DNA of 64,000 nucleotides from Bacteroidota bacterium (GTDB lineage: Bacteria; Bacteroidota; Ignavibacteria; UBA10030; UBA8401), in assembly GCA_005792285.1 (NCBI GenBank), contig SXSI01000047.1, forward strand, positions 18,497 to 82,496, in the 5' to 3' direction. Below are positions 50,701-60,022 of this stretch, one piece after another; within the stretch, counting starts at the first letter, position 1, and the number at the start of each line of letters is the position of its first letter. A program made the translations under genes and the position numbers. The notes beneath the pieces were generated by a model, which saw only the letters and a list, made by a program, of their open reading frames with translations, did no database searches and was not told the DNA's origin.

Positions 50701-50971
50701 GTGTGTATGGACCACCAGGACGAATATTTGTAACATTGTAATTTCCATCCTCACGACTAACTGTTCCATATTTTGAACCAGATGCATCGTGAACGGCTAC
50801 AACATTTACACCAGGCATTGGGCTTCCACTTTGATCAACAACTTTACCAGAAATAGCAGAAGTTGTAATTCCCTGTGCAAAAATAATTGCTGGCAGCAAT
50901 ATTACCAACAATAATAGTATTGATTTCCTCATTATACCTCCTTTAAAAGTATTTATTAAATGATTAAACAT
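47720..50971 (-). CDS. Large TonB-dependent receptor of the Oar-like type (about 1080 aa) with an N-terminal carboxypeptidase-regulatory-like domain. The true start is probably the internal Met (MRKSILLLLVILLP...) at 50932.
   Basis: CarbopepD_reg motif SGKVVDQSGSPMPGVNVVAVHDASGSKYGTVSREDGNY, a plug domain, a long beta-barrel and a C-terminal ...LGMRYTF. Confidence 0.85.
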   Translation of the reverse strand: MFNHLINTFKGGIMRKSILLLLVILLPAIIFAQGITTSAISGKVVDQSGSPMPGVNVVAVHDASGSKYGTVSREDGNYNVTNIRPGGPYTLKVSMVGYSEQSRPGIYADLGQNVKLNFTLSEGAVEVGEVVVTGQANPILSADRMGAAAIVNTKQMEAIPTLTRNFEDYYKLSPFMSGSSAAGRNSKYNNIQIDGANYNDIFGLGGTTPGSQSRATPISLDAIEQFQIEISPYDVRKGGFTGSGINAVTRSGTNKFTGSAFMYSRNEGNVGKSVNLTDSLKKPYAAFTDNMMGFRIGGPIIEDQLYFFANAEMSRNTTPLDRVFGATTQSTNQFTLSKDSLDQVKNILKNKYGYEAGEYLTMDNVLNSDKWFARIDWNLSDDHRLSIRHNFLGAEFDNSPSLGRGSNHIFYTNQRYTVKNSTNSTALNLNSVFGNNIANEFIFGYTVQEDRPMYYGAAFPSVRIDTKAADGKAYLILAGAEHFRHRNELDQKVLEISDNLTYYMGDHTISLGARMESFQFRNLFIPANYGSYQFGTIKDFENGVIKTNGYEYQYALKTELNPTGDNSYAILWDATTYGGWLQDEWQVSPQLKLNVGIRMDMYTYPTKPAYNKLVDSTFNLLGYNISTDKVPESYPNISPRIGFNYDVTGDRSTQIRGGYGVFSGRVPYVWLSNQYGNTGVEYAALSGKPSTFVTDPLNQPGPGTAGLTAGTTYEIDITASDFKNPSVSRFSLAVDQKLPFNLVASVEGVLTKAINEIAYANINLNSANGVMKIVDTVTAESRYRYNNSSGKLNSKFTRVIYLYNTDKGSQTNLSFMLNRSGAEDKIDFTGGYTWGESKDLNSGASSTARSQWRYNPIVNDANSPVEAISSWDRTHRIFGSLAYSYEWAQDMSTQVSLFYEGQSGRGYSYIISGDANGDGEGDNDLAYIPKDINDISLVATASGAVLPTTDASYAAMMSFIDADEYLKSRKGMFAERNAAREPWYNMLDLNVNQSLPVPAIGGKLDLYFNLMNVLNFLNDQNGWVKQVPNQSSYLFTFGSFNATTNKSTYIWRGLKNASPSEDPYSPSDLGSRWQAQLGMRYTF

Positions 50972-51059
50972 AATTATTTGATGAATGTTTTTTTTATTTT
51001 GTACTTACAAATTTACTATCGCAATATTAAAGAATTGTTATCGTAATAAAAAATCTATT

Positions 51060-52439
51060 TTAACCTTTTTTTAGAAATTGTGGTAAATCATAATAAAAGT
51101 AAATTGCCGTTCTAATCCCACCAAAAAAGTTATCCAAATTAATGTGTTCATCAGGCGAATGTGCGTTTTCGTCAGGTAATCCAAAACCCAATAAAACCGT
51201 ATCTAAACCGAGCAAATGCTTGAATTGTACGACAATTGGTATTGATCCACCTTCTCTTTGAAATAAGGGCGATTTGCCAAACGCTTTTTGTAATGCGGAA
51301 ACTGCAGCTTTTACTCCCGGACTTTTTAAAGGTGTTACAACTGCTTCTCCACCATGAAGTGCTTTTACTGAAACTTGAATCGATTTTGGAGCAATTTTTT
51401 TTATGTGATTTGAAAATAACTTTTCCATTTTTTTCGAAGTTTGATTTGGAACCAATCTCATAGAAATTTTTGCAGTTGCTTTTGAAGGAAGAACTGTCTT
51501 TGCACCTTCTTCAGTATATCCTCCCCAAATGCCGTTACATTCCAAAGTTGGACGAACCCAAGTTCTTTCGTTTGTTGAAAAACCTTTTTCACCATACAAT
51601 TTTGCAATTCCCAAATCCTTCATATATTTTTTATCACTGAATGGAAGTTTACTAAACGCTTTTCTTTCTTTAGAAGTTATTTTTTGAACATCATTATAAA
51701 ATCCTGGGATTGTGACTTTTCCATTTTCATCGTGCAATGAAGAAATAATTTCAGATAATGCTTGAATTGGATTATGAACTGCTCCGCCAAATGAACCAGA
51801 ATGTAAATCACGATTCGGACCAACAACTTCAATTTCCATATATGCCAAACCACGCAAGCCATAACAGATCGATGGAATCCCTTTTGCATACATCGCGCTA
51901 TCAGAAATTAAAACTAAATCTGCTTTCAACATTTTTTTATTTTCTTTTACGAAATTTTCCAGGTTCGCGCTTCCAACTTCTTCTTCCCCTTCGATTAACA
52001 TTTTAATATTTACAGGAAGTTCTTTTTCATGTTTTAAAATTGCTTCAATTGCTTTGAAGTGCGCAAAAACTTGTCCTTTGTCATCAACAGAACCACGAGC
52101 ATATAAATTTCCATTTCTTACATCAGCTTCGAATGGTGGAGTTGTCCATAAATTTAATGGATCAACTGGTTGAACATCGTAATGTCCATAAAATAAAATT
52201 GTTGGTTTTTTTGAATCTGTAATTAGTTCACCAAAAACAATTGGATGACCTTTTGTTTCGAAGATTTGAGATTTAGACAAACCAATTATTAACATTTGAT
52301 CTCGAACCCATTCAGCACAACGTCTTGTGTCGTTATCGCAATCTTTTTGAGAACTGACACTCGGAATTGCGAGAAATGTTTTTAACTCATCCAAGTAATT
52401 TTGTTTTGACGAATCAACAAAGGATAATATTTTTTTCAT
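51060..52439 (-). CDS. M20-family metallopeptidase (dipeptidase-like).
   Basis: Metal-ligand motifs LFYGHYDVQP, GSVDDKG, EGEEE and HSPDE. Confidence 0.8.
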   Translation of the reverse strand: MKKILSFVDSSKQNYLDELKTFLAIPSVSSQKDCDNDTRRCAEWVRDQMLIIGLSKSQIFETKGHPIVFGELITDSKKPTILFYGHYDVQPVDPLNLWTTPPFEADVRNGNLYARGSVDDKGQVFAHFKAIEAILKHEKELPVNIKMLIEGEEEVGSANLENFVKENKKMLKADLVLISDSAMYAKGIPSICYGLRGLAYMEIEVVGPNRDLHSGSFGGAVHNPIQALSEIISSLHDENGKVTIPGFYNDVQKITSKERKAFSKLPFSDKKYMKDLGIAKLYGEKGFSTNERTWVRPTLECNGIWGGYTEEGAKTVLPSKATAKISMRLVPNQTSKKMEKLFSNHIKKIAPKSIQVSVKALHGGEAVVTPLKSPGVKAAVSALQKAFGKSPLFQREGGSIPIVVQFKHLLGLDTVLLGFGLPDENAHSPDEHINLDNFFGGIRTAIYFYYDLPQFLKKG

Positions 52440-52466
52440 ATTTTTTTTATTTAATAAAGTTTAAAA

Positions 52467-54518
52467 TTATTTTATATGCAATCCTGCCGGAACATCTTTC
52501 GATAAACTTAACAGTGCAAAAGTATCATTTGAACCCGATGTTGCCAAAACCATTCCTTGCGATTCAAGCCCCATTAAAGTTACCGGCTGTAAATTTGCAA
52601 TTATAACAACTTGTTTTCCGATAATTGAAGCCGGATCAACTTCTTGAGCAATTCCTGCAATAACTTGTCGCTTTTCAATTCCAATTGAGACTTCTAATTT
52701 AACCAACTTTTTAGATTTCGGAATCGGTTCGCAACTTAAAACTGTTGCAACTCGAAGATCAATTTTTTGAAACTCTTCCAAAGTAATTGTTGGCTTAATT
52801 GCCATTAACTCAACTGTATTATTTACAACTTCAGTGTTTTGTTTTTCTAAATTTTGTATTTCTTTTTCTATCATTTCGTCCTCTATTTTTGAAAATGGAA
52901 TTTGAATCTCATTTAATTTTTTACCTTCTTCAACTTTTAAATTGCAAATATTTTCCCAATTTTCGTTTTCGATATTTGTTGAATTTCCAATCATCTTCCA
53001 TATTTTTGCTGAAGAATTTGGTAAAATTGGTGAAAATACAACTGCAATAATTTTTATTGCATTTAAACATAAGTGTAATGTGTTTTGGCATTTTTCTTTG
53101 TCAGTCGAAATTGATTTCCATGGAGCAGAATCGTTGAAATATTTATTTCCAATTCTTACAAAATCTATTATTTCATTATTTGCATCTCTAAAATGAAATT
53201 GCTCAATATGATTTCCAACTTTTTTTGGAAGCTTCATCATTGAAGTTTGAAATTCAATATCGGAAGAACTTAATTTACCAATTGAAGGAATTATTCCATT
53301 AAAATTCTTTTGAATAAAAGTTGTCGTACGATTTATAAAATTTCCATAAATATCAGCAAGTTCATTATTTGTTCGAGCTTGGAAATCTTTCCAATAAAAA
53401 TCTGAGTCTTTATTTTCCGGAAGAATACTTGTTAATGTGTAACGAAGTGCATCGATGGAATATTTTTCAATTACATCTTCAACGTAAATTGCATTGTGCC
53501 GACTTTTAGAAAACTTTCCACCTTCAAGATTTAAAAATTCGTTCGCAGGAATATTTTTTGGTAATAAATAATTTCCGTGTGCAATTAACATTGCCGGAAA
53601 AACTATCGCATGAAAAACAATATTGTCTTTTCCAATGAATGCCGTATAAGTCGTCGAAGGATCTTGCCAATATTTTTTCCAAAGTGAACTATCATTTTTA
53701 AGTTCACCAAATTCTTTTGTTGCAGAAATATATCCGAGCACAGCTTCAAACCAAACATAAAGTACTTTTCCGACTTCTTCATCAATTGGAACTTTAACAC
53801 CCCAAGTTAAATCTCTAGTTACTGCACGATCGCTAAGTTTTTCTTTAAACCAACCTTCACAATAATTTAAAACATTTGATTTCCAATTTTTATTCGAATG
53901 AGCATATTTTTCTAATTCACTTTGATATTTCCCAAGTGGAAAATAATAATGCTTCGTGGATTTAATAATTGGATTATTTCCGCACAACTTACATTTTGGT
54001 AAAATAAGTTCTAACGGATTTAACCAAGAACCACAATTTTCACATTGATCCCCTTTTGCACCTTCAGATTTACATTTTGGACAAGTTCCTTCAACATATC
54101 TATCGGATAAAAACATTTTATCATTTTTACAATAAAGCTGTTTATCATTTTTTTCAACAAGAATACCTTTTTTATAAAGTTCAAGGAAAAAATCTTGTGA
54201 AGTTTTATGGTGAATTGGATTTGAAGTTCGAGAATAAATATCAAATGAAATTCCAAATTTGCTAAATGCTTTTTTATTTCTTTCGTGGTAATTATCTACA
54301 ATTGCTTTTGGAGTTGTTTTCTCTTTTAACGCAGCAATTGTAATTGCAACTCCGTGTTCATCGGAACCGGAAATAAAAATTATATCTTCCTTTTTTAATC
54401 TATTATATCTGACATAAATATCGGAAGGCAAATATGCACCAGCCATATGTCCGAGATGAATCGGTCCATTTGCATATGGCAAAGCTGCGGTAACAATATG
54501 TCTCGATGATTTAGTCAA
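52467..54518 (-). CDS. metG: Methionine--tRNA ligase with a C-terminal tRNA-binding (EMAP-like) domain.
   Basis: HIGH motif (ANGPIHLGHMAG), Zn knuckle CPKC...CENC, KMSKS motif (KFSKS) and the C-terminal OB-fold domain. Confidence 0.9.
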   Translation of the reverse strand: MTKSSRHIVTAALPYANGPIHLGHMAGAYLPSDIYVRYNRLKKEDIIFISGSDEHGVAITIAALKEKTTPKAIVDNYHERNKKAFSKFGISFDIYSRTSNPIHHKTSQDFFLELYKKGILVEKNDKQLYCKNDKMFLSDRYVEGTCPKCKSEGAKGDQCENCGSWLNPLELILPKCKLCGNNPIIKSTKHYYFPLGKYQSELEKYAHSNKNWKSNVLNYCEGWFKEKLSDRAVTRDLTWGVKVPIDEEVGKVLYVWFEAVLGYISATKEFGELKNDSSLWKKYWQDPSTTYTAFIGKDNIVFHAIVFPAMLIAHGNYLLPKNIPANEFLNLEGGKFSKSRHNAIYVEDVIEKYSIDALRYTLTSILPENKDSDFYWKDFQARTNNELADIYGNFINRTTTFIQKNFNGIIPSIGKLSSSDIEFQTSMMKLPKKVGNHIEQFHFRDANNEIIDFVRIGNKYFNDSAPWKSISTDKEKCQNTLHLCLNAIKIIAVVFSPILPNSSAKIWKMIGNSTNIENENWENICNLKVEEGKKLNEIQIPFSKIEDEMIEKEIQNLEKQNTEVVNNTVELMAIKPTITLEEFQKIDLRVATVLSCEPIPKSKKLVKLEVSIGIEKRQVIAGIAQEVDPASIIGKQVVIIANLQPVTLMGLESQGMVLATSGSNDTFALLSLSKDVPAGLHIK

Positions 54519-55648
54519 TTAAAAATCCTTCTAAGTTTTATTGCGAAAGAATAAAAAACCAATGGAAGATAGACATAACTTTCTAAAAGTTCGATTGATT
54601 TTTCACATTGGTTCATTCCAGCTTCGCAATAATTATCTTGAATTTTATTTTTAATAATATCCAACTTTGATAAATAGTCAGAATTAATTATAAGATTTGG
54701 ATTTTCTTCTTTCAACATTAGCATATCTCTTAAAAGATAATAAATCAACAATAAATGATTTTTTGCAGTAATTCGGTTTTTATCAAACTCAGTAATTACT
54801 TTCGAAATATGAGAAATCATTTCATTCAAAGATGAGTTAATAATTATTTCTAAGGTTTTCATTGCGTTCGATCGTTCTTCTTCAAGATCAGAAGATTGAA
54901 GTTCGATTGCTTTTGAATAACTACCATTTGCAAGTTTAGCCAATAATATTGCTTGCTGTGATGGTGTATTAAATTCTCTCTCCAACGCAATTTTAATTTC
55001 TTCAATCGAAAGTGGATCACATCTTAGCAATTGGCATCTTGAAATAATTGTTGGAAGAAGTCCGTCGATTCGTGAAGTTGTTAAAATAAAAATTGTATTA
55101 GTTGAAGGCTCTTCCAAAACTTTCAACAATGCGTTACTGCTAACTTCATTCATTTCATCAGCATTAAAAATAATTATGAATCTATTCCCTTCTGCATAAG
55201 TTGAAAGTGAAACGAAATTTTTTTGCAAATCTCTTACTTGCTCAATTAAAATACTATTCGCTCCATCAATTTCCATTTTGTGATATGTATTTAAACTTTT
55301 TTCCTGAAGTTCTTTTTGGATTTCTTTTCTAATTTTTTCCGGTTGAGATATATTACCTTCAGATTCTTTTGCCGAATCCTTCCCATTTTTTGGAGTTGGA
55401 ATTGAATATAATAGATAGAGATTTGGGTGAGTAAATTTTGAAATCATTTCACAATTTTTACATTTTCCACAGGAATTAGCCGGAGAATCTTTGCACAACA
55501 AACTTCTGACAAATTCTATCGCAATTGAATCTTGACCAACGCCTTCACCACCATAAATACAATATGCTTGCGCAACTTGTTTATTCAGAATAATATTTTG
55601 CAGCTGAGTTGTAATTCTTTTTTGCCCGATTATTGATTGCCAACTCAT
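54515..55648 (-). CDS. holB: DNA polymerase III subunit delta'.
   Basis: AAA+ clamp-loader fold with a degenerate P-loop GGEGVGQD, a zinc module CKDSPANSCGKCKNCE and SRC-like TTSRIDGLLPTIISRCQ. Confidence 0.8.
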   Translation of the reverse strand: MSWQSIIGQKRITTQLQNIILNKQVAQAYCIYGGEGVGQDSIAIEFVRSLLCKDSPANSCGKCKNCEMISKFTHPNLYLLYSIPTPKNGKDSAKESEGNISQPEKIRKEIQKELQEKSLNTYHKMEIDGANSILIEQVRDLQKNFVSLSTYAEGNRFIIIFNADEMNEVSSNALLKVLEEPSTNTIFILTTSRIDGLLPTIISRCQLLRCDPLSIEEIKIALEREFNTPSQQAILLAKLANGSYSKAIELQSSDLEEERSNAMKTLEIIINSSLNEMISHISKVITEFDKNRITAKNHLLLIYYLLRDMLMLKEENPNLIINSDYLSKLDIIKNKIQDNYCEAGMNQCEKSIELLESYVYLPLVFYSFAIKLRRIFN

Positions 55649-57696
55649 TAGAATGTATTTCCTAATCCAATTTCAATTCTACTATATGCGCTTTGAAATA
55701 ATTTTCTTTTTGTAATCCAATTTTTCTCCGGCGATTCGAATGGATCATAAAATCTAAATCCTAAATCAATTCTGATTGGACCTATTATAGTGTTATATCG
55801 AAAACCAATCCCTGATGCAATTGAAATATCAGTAAGTTTAACATATTTCAAACTATCCCAAATAGTTCCGGCGTCAACAAAAAAAGTAATCCCAATTTTA
55901 GAAATATCGAGTCCAATAAATTCTTTAGGATTTTGAAATAGTTGATAACGCAACTCTCCGCTCGATTCAATCATAATATTTCCACCTTGTTCAGGATTTG
56001 AAAATGCGCCCAGTGATCTCGACTTCCAACCACGAACACTACTGCCACCCCCCATATAAAATTTTCTTGAAGGAGGAACCGGAGTTGTATTTTTTGGATT
56101 ATATAAATGAGAATAACCTGATTTTAATTTTAATGCGAGAACAGACATTTTAGTAATTTCACCAATATCAAAATAATGTAGCAAAGTTAAATTTAAGCGA
56201 ATGTATTCTGAATAAGGAAGATCGTTGCTTAAACTAGATAACGAACGAGATATTGTTCCCCCTTCTTCAAGTTGAAAAGTGTGGGAATAACCGCTCGATG
56301 GATAAATCATATCATCTGTTTTATTGCGTTGAATTGTGAAACTAAGCATCGAGTTAAATTGTTTTTGCCTTTTTCCTGTAAATGTATTTAAATCGACCTT
56401 CAAAGTATCAATTCGAATTATTGAAACTCTTTCAACATTAAAATCAATAAATCCTCGAGTATAAATTGCAAATTGATGAATAATTCCAAATCGAGATCGT
56501 AAAGTATTTAAAGAATAATATTTTTGATTATCGTATTCAATAATTCCATCGAGTGTTGAAGTTGTTCTTGTTGAAAAAAAATAAGGCTGTGTTAGTTGAA
56601 AATGCAAATCAGTTTTAGTTAGTAGCGAAGGTTCATCAACTCCACGCTTCAGTGCATTTTGTAAATCAAGTTCAGGAAGCGATTGAAAACTAAATCGAAA
56701 TCGAGTACTAAATTTCCGAGCATCACCAAAAAAATTTTTATGATTAAAACTAATTCCTACTCCTGTATTTAGAGTATTATTTTCTTCTTTTACCAGTACT
56801 TCTGGAACAATTTCCCGAAACTCAGATCTAGTTTTATAATAAATTTCGATTGGAAGTTTATTTGAATTGGAATCTACAATTGGTACATAATCTATCCTCG
56901 CAAAATCAAATATTCCGAGTTGATTTATATTTTGGTCACTTTTTGATTTAACTGATTCACTATAAATATCCCCTTCTTTAAAATCTAAATGTCTAAAAAT
57001 AATTTCCGGTTGAGTTAATAAAGTATCTCCAATTAAACTTATTTTTCCAAATTGATATTTTTCACCTGGAGAATATTTGAGTGTGATACTTAAATTATTT
57101 GTAGAAAGATATCTGAATTGAATTACAGTATCTAATTTATTTAGTCGGTAACCATTATTAAAACAAATTTTATTAATTCTTTCTAGCTCTTTGTCAATCA
57201 ATTGTCTATTATAATAATCTCCCTCTAAAATAAATTGATGAGAACTTATCAGCTTATTCGTTTCAGTATCAATTGAATCAAATCCTAAAATTTTTAGTGA
57301 GTCAATTTTCGAACGAGTATTTTCATTTATATTAATTGTAATTAGTGCTGCCTTATCGTTATTTTTTAATTTTAATGATGTATCTACTTTCGCATTGAAG
57401 AAACCATTGTCATCTAAATATCTTTTTATTAATAATAAATCAGAAGTGAAAACAAGTGGCTCAAAATATTCTCTTTTCCTGCCAAATCTTTCATAAACAT
57501 TATCGAACATGAAAGTTAATAATGCGTTTGGAGTTTGCTTTGTTTGTATTAAAGATGAATATATTTCCGGATTAGTTTCACCTTTTACAGTTAATATTAA
57601 ATCTTCAATTTCAAATTTTGCATGATTTGATTGTGATACTAATTTCAATGGGAAAAATATAATAGCTACTAAAAAAATAAGTTTAATATTTCTCAT
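55648..57696 (-). CDS. Omp85-family outer membrane protein (BamA/TamA-like) with POTRA domains and a surface-antigen beta-barrel.
   Basis: Signal peptide, POTRA-like repeats and the C-terminal barrel signature ...RIEIGLGNTF. Confidence 0.75.
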   Translation of the reverse strand: MRNIKLIFLVAIIFFPLKLVSQSNHAKFEIEDLILTVKGETNPEIYSSLIQTKQTPNALLTFMFDNVYERFGRKREYFEPLVFTSDLLLIKRYLDDNGFFNAKVDTSLKLKNNDKAALITININENTRSKIDSLKILGFDSIDTETNKLISSHQFILEGDYYNRQLIDKELERINKICFNNGYRLNKLDTVIQFRYLSTNNLSITLKYSPGEKYQFGKISLIGDTLLTQPEIIFRHLDFKEGDIYSESVKSKSDQNINQLGIFDFARIDYVPIVDSNSNKLPIEIYYKTRSEFREIVPEVLVKEENNTLNTGVGISFNHKNFFGDARKFSTRFRFSFQSLPELDLQNALKRGVDEPSLLTKTDLHFQLTQPYFFSTRTTSTLDGIIEYDNQKYYSLNTLRSRFGIIHQFAIYTRGFIDFNVERVSIIRIDTLKVDLNTFTGKRQKQFNSMLSFTIQRNKTDDMIYPSSGYSHTFQLEEGGTISRSLSSLSNDLPYSEYIRLNLTLLHYFDIGEITKMSVLALKLKSGYSHLYNPKNTTPVPPSRKFYMGGGSSVRGWKSRSLGAFSNPEQGGNIMIESSGELRYQLFQNPKEFIGLDISKIGITFFVDAGTIWDSLKYVKLTDISIASGIGFRYNTIIGPIRIDLGFRFYDPFESPEKNWITKRKLFQSAYSRIEIGLGNTF

Positions 57697-57711
57697 AAAA
57701 ATTAAATAAAA

Positions 57712-57734
57712 AAACCCAGCTGTAGACTGGGTTT
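57712..57734 (-). terminator. Rho-independent terminator on the minus strand after the DUF2795 gene. The stem is AAACCCAG/CTGGGTTT with a 7-nt loop, and a T-run follows on the minus strand.
   Basis: It sits 27 nt after the DUF2795 stop and ends only about 15 nt before the Omp85 start codon. Confidence 0.6.
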
Positions 57735-57760
57735 ACAAATAATTTTATTCTTTATCAAAA

Positions 57761-57985
57761 TTAATATTCTTCTTCGTCTTCTGGATAATAATCCTCGCTC
57801 GATGGATAATCATGCCAAATTTCTTCCATACTTTCAAAAGCTTGGTCGTTATCTTCTAATTCTGATAAATTTGCAGCTACTTCGTTTGGGCAACCAGTTC
57901 TAATTGCATATTCAATTAATTCTTCTTTTGTTGCCGGCCAAGGTGCGTCTTCAAGATATGACGCTAATTGTGTAGTCCAAATCAT
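57761..57985 (-). CDS. DUF2795-family small acidic protein.
   Basis: A 74-aa protein. The pattern WPATKEELIEYAIRTGCPNEVAANLSEL matches the DUF2795 consensus (FPA.K.EL...A...GAP.EV...L), and the tail is acidic. Confidence 0.5.
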   Translation of the reverse strand: MIWTTQLASYLEDAPWPATKEELIEYAIRTGCPNEVAANLSELEDNDQAFESMEEIWHDYPSSEDYYPEDEEEY

Positions 57986-58008
57986 TTATTAATTCCTCTA
58001 TTTGTAAT

Positions 58009-58944
58009 TTATTTTATGAAAGGTTTATCGTCAAAAAAATAATTTGCAGGATTCATATTTTTGTTTTGATATTTAACTTCATAGTGCAAATGAGGTCCGC
58101 TTGATAATCCTGTATTTCCCGAGTAAGCAATTAAATCTCCTCTTTTTACTTTTTGATTTCTACGTACTAAAACTTTTGATAAATGTGCATAAACAGTTTC
58201 AAATTCGAATCCATGTTTTATATGAATTGATATTCCATAACCAGTTGATGAGTTTCCAGCAAAATCTATATTTCCTGCACCAGTTGCATAAACAGGTGTT
58301 CCTATTGAATTATTTATATCAATTCCTTCATGCATTTTTCTAACATTTAAAATTGGATGAGTTCTCATTCCATAATTTCCATGTCGAATTAAAACACCAG
58401 TCATTGGTTGTATCGCAGGAATTGAAAGTAAATAATCTTTGTTGTCGATACTTTTAGAATAAATATTTGTGTAGCTAACTTTTTGATATTGAATTTGCTT
58501 TTTCATCTCAGAAATTAATTTACCTGAAGCAGAAATAATTCCTTCAAGATCATTTGAATGAAGATTATTTTCTAAATTACTCGAAGAACCTCCAACTCCT
58601 AATTTTTTTTCATCTTCATCAATAACCGGCAAGTTGACTGCCATTCTTAATTGATTATCTCTATCCGATAAGTTTTGCAATGAAAGGTCTAACTCTTTAT
58701 AGTTTTGGGTTAATTTTAAAATTTCATTTTTTAAAATTCTATTTTCAGATGTAATTTTTTCATTTCCACCAAAATCTATACTTAATATATTTCCCCAATA
58801 TTTATTTATAAAAAGAATAATTACTAGAGAAACTAATGTTGAAACAAAAGCCATCAATATTCCGTAAACTTTTGGATCGAAAAGATGAACTATCTTTCCG
58901 GTTTGCTGAATATATTTAAAGTATTTCTTGCTGTGAAATTTCAT
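58009..58944 (-). CDS. M23-family peptidoglycan metalloendopeptidase.
   Basis: N-terminal TM helix and coiled coil, then the LytM motifs HEGIDI...GTPVYATGAG and GPHLHYEV. Confidence 0.8.
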   Translation of the reverse strand: MKFHSKKYFKYIQQTGKIVHLFDPKVYGILMAFVSTLVSLVIILFINKYWGNILSIDFGGNEKITSENRILKNEILKLTQNYKELDLSLQNLSDRDNQLRMAVNLPVIDEDEKKLGVGGSSSNLENNLHSNDLEGIISASGKLISEMKKQIQYQKVSYTNIYSKSIDNKDYLLSIPAIQPMTGVLIRHGNYGMRTHPILNVRKMHEGIDINNSIGTPVYATGAGNIDFAGNSSTGYGISIHIKHGFEFETVYAHLSKVLVRRNQKVKRGDLIAYSGNTGLSSGPHLHYEVKYQNKNMNPANYFFDDKPFIK

Positions 58945-59000
58945 TTTTAGTTATTTCTCCAGCGAAAATAAAAAATTTATTACAACTTAACAACACTTTT

Positions 59001-60014
59001 TTATTCAAAATCATGCTCAAAATAATCAATTGCACGTTTAGACTTTTTATTCTTTTTCTTAATTTCCCTTTGAAGTTTGCTAGCAAAAGCTTTGGCAGCA
59101 TTATAACCATAATGCTTTAAAAGGTAATTAAGTGCAATTACTTCAATAATAACAGTAATATTTTTACCAGGGAAAATTGGGAGTTGAATGTGTGGTATAT
59201 CCACATCAATTATTTTAATATTCAATTGATCAAGTCCGGTTCTGGTAAATAATTTGCCCCGACTCCAATTCTGAAGTTCCACTATAACTTCAACTCTTTT
59301 TTGAAAACGGATCGAACGAATTCCAAAAATACTTCTTATGTCAATTAAACCAAGTCCTCTAATTTCCATAAAATGTTTTACAAGTTCAGTTCCTGTTCCA
59401 ATTAATATTCCTTCCCCTTTTTGATTTATATTTATTACATCATCAGCAACAAGTCGGTGGCCACGTTCAACAAGGTCAAGTGCAATTTCACTTTTGCCTA
59501 TTCCAGATTTACCAATAACTATAACACCAACTCCATATACATCTATAAATGCACCATGAATCGTTGTCTGCGGGGAAAACTGATCATCCAAAAAGTCCGA
59601 AATAAAATAACTTGCTTTAGTTGTTTCCAATGGCGTAGTAAAAAGTGCAATATTATTTTTTTCTGCTAACGCGATAATTTTTTTGTGAACTTTATTATTG
59701 TTTGAAATTATAACACACGGGAGTTCAAATGAAACCAACTTTTTTACAGCTTCAATTTGTTTTTCTAATGTGAGCGTATTTAAATATTTTATTTCCGTAT
59801 TCCCAACAAGTTGAACACGATGGAATGTAAAAAGATCAACATAACCCGCCAAAGCTAATCCCGGTCTATGTAAATTTTTATCAGTTATAATATTTTCAGA
59901 TCCAACTGAATTTAATTTTTTTAGTTTTAATCTCTCCTTTAATTTTTCATACATAAATGAAACTGTAATATCGGAGCGTCGAGATATTTTAAGGGAATCA
60001 AAATATTTATTCAT
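59001..60014 (-). CDS. hprK: HPr kinase/phosphorylase.
   Basis: P-loop GKSGIGKSEIALDLVERGHRLVADD and the C-terminal capping motif. Confidence 0.85.
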   Translation of the reverse strand: MNKYFDSLKISRRSDITVSFMYEKLKERLKLKKLNSVGSENIITDKNLHRPGLALAGYVDLFTFHRVQLVGNTEIKYLNTLTLEKQIEAVKKLVSFELPCVIISNNNKVHKKIIALAEKNNIALFTTPLETTKASYFISDFLDDQFSPQTTIHGAFIDVYGVGVIVIGKSGIGKSEIALDLVERGHRLVADDVININQKGEGILIGTGTELVKHFMEIRGLGLIDIRSIFGIRSIRFQKRVEVIVELQNWSRGKLFTRTGLDQLNIKIIDVDIPHIQLPIFPGKNITVIIEVIALNYLLKHYGYNAAKAFASKLQREIKKKNKKSKRAIDYFEHDFE

Positions 60015-60022
60015 ATGTTCCT

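Noticed and set aside
51236-54265. Several 60-85 aa ORFs antisense to the M20 peptidase and metG genes.
   Set aside because: They are embedded in strongly supported conserved genes. Their translations are low-complexity.
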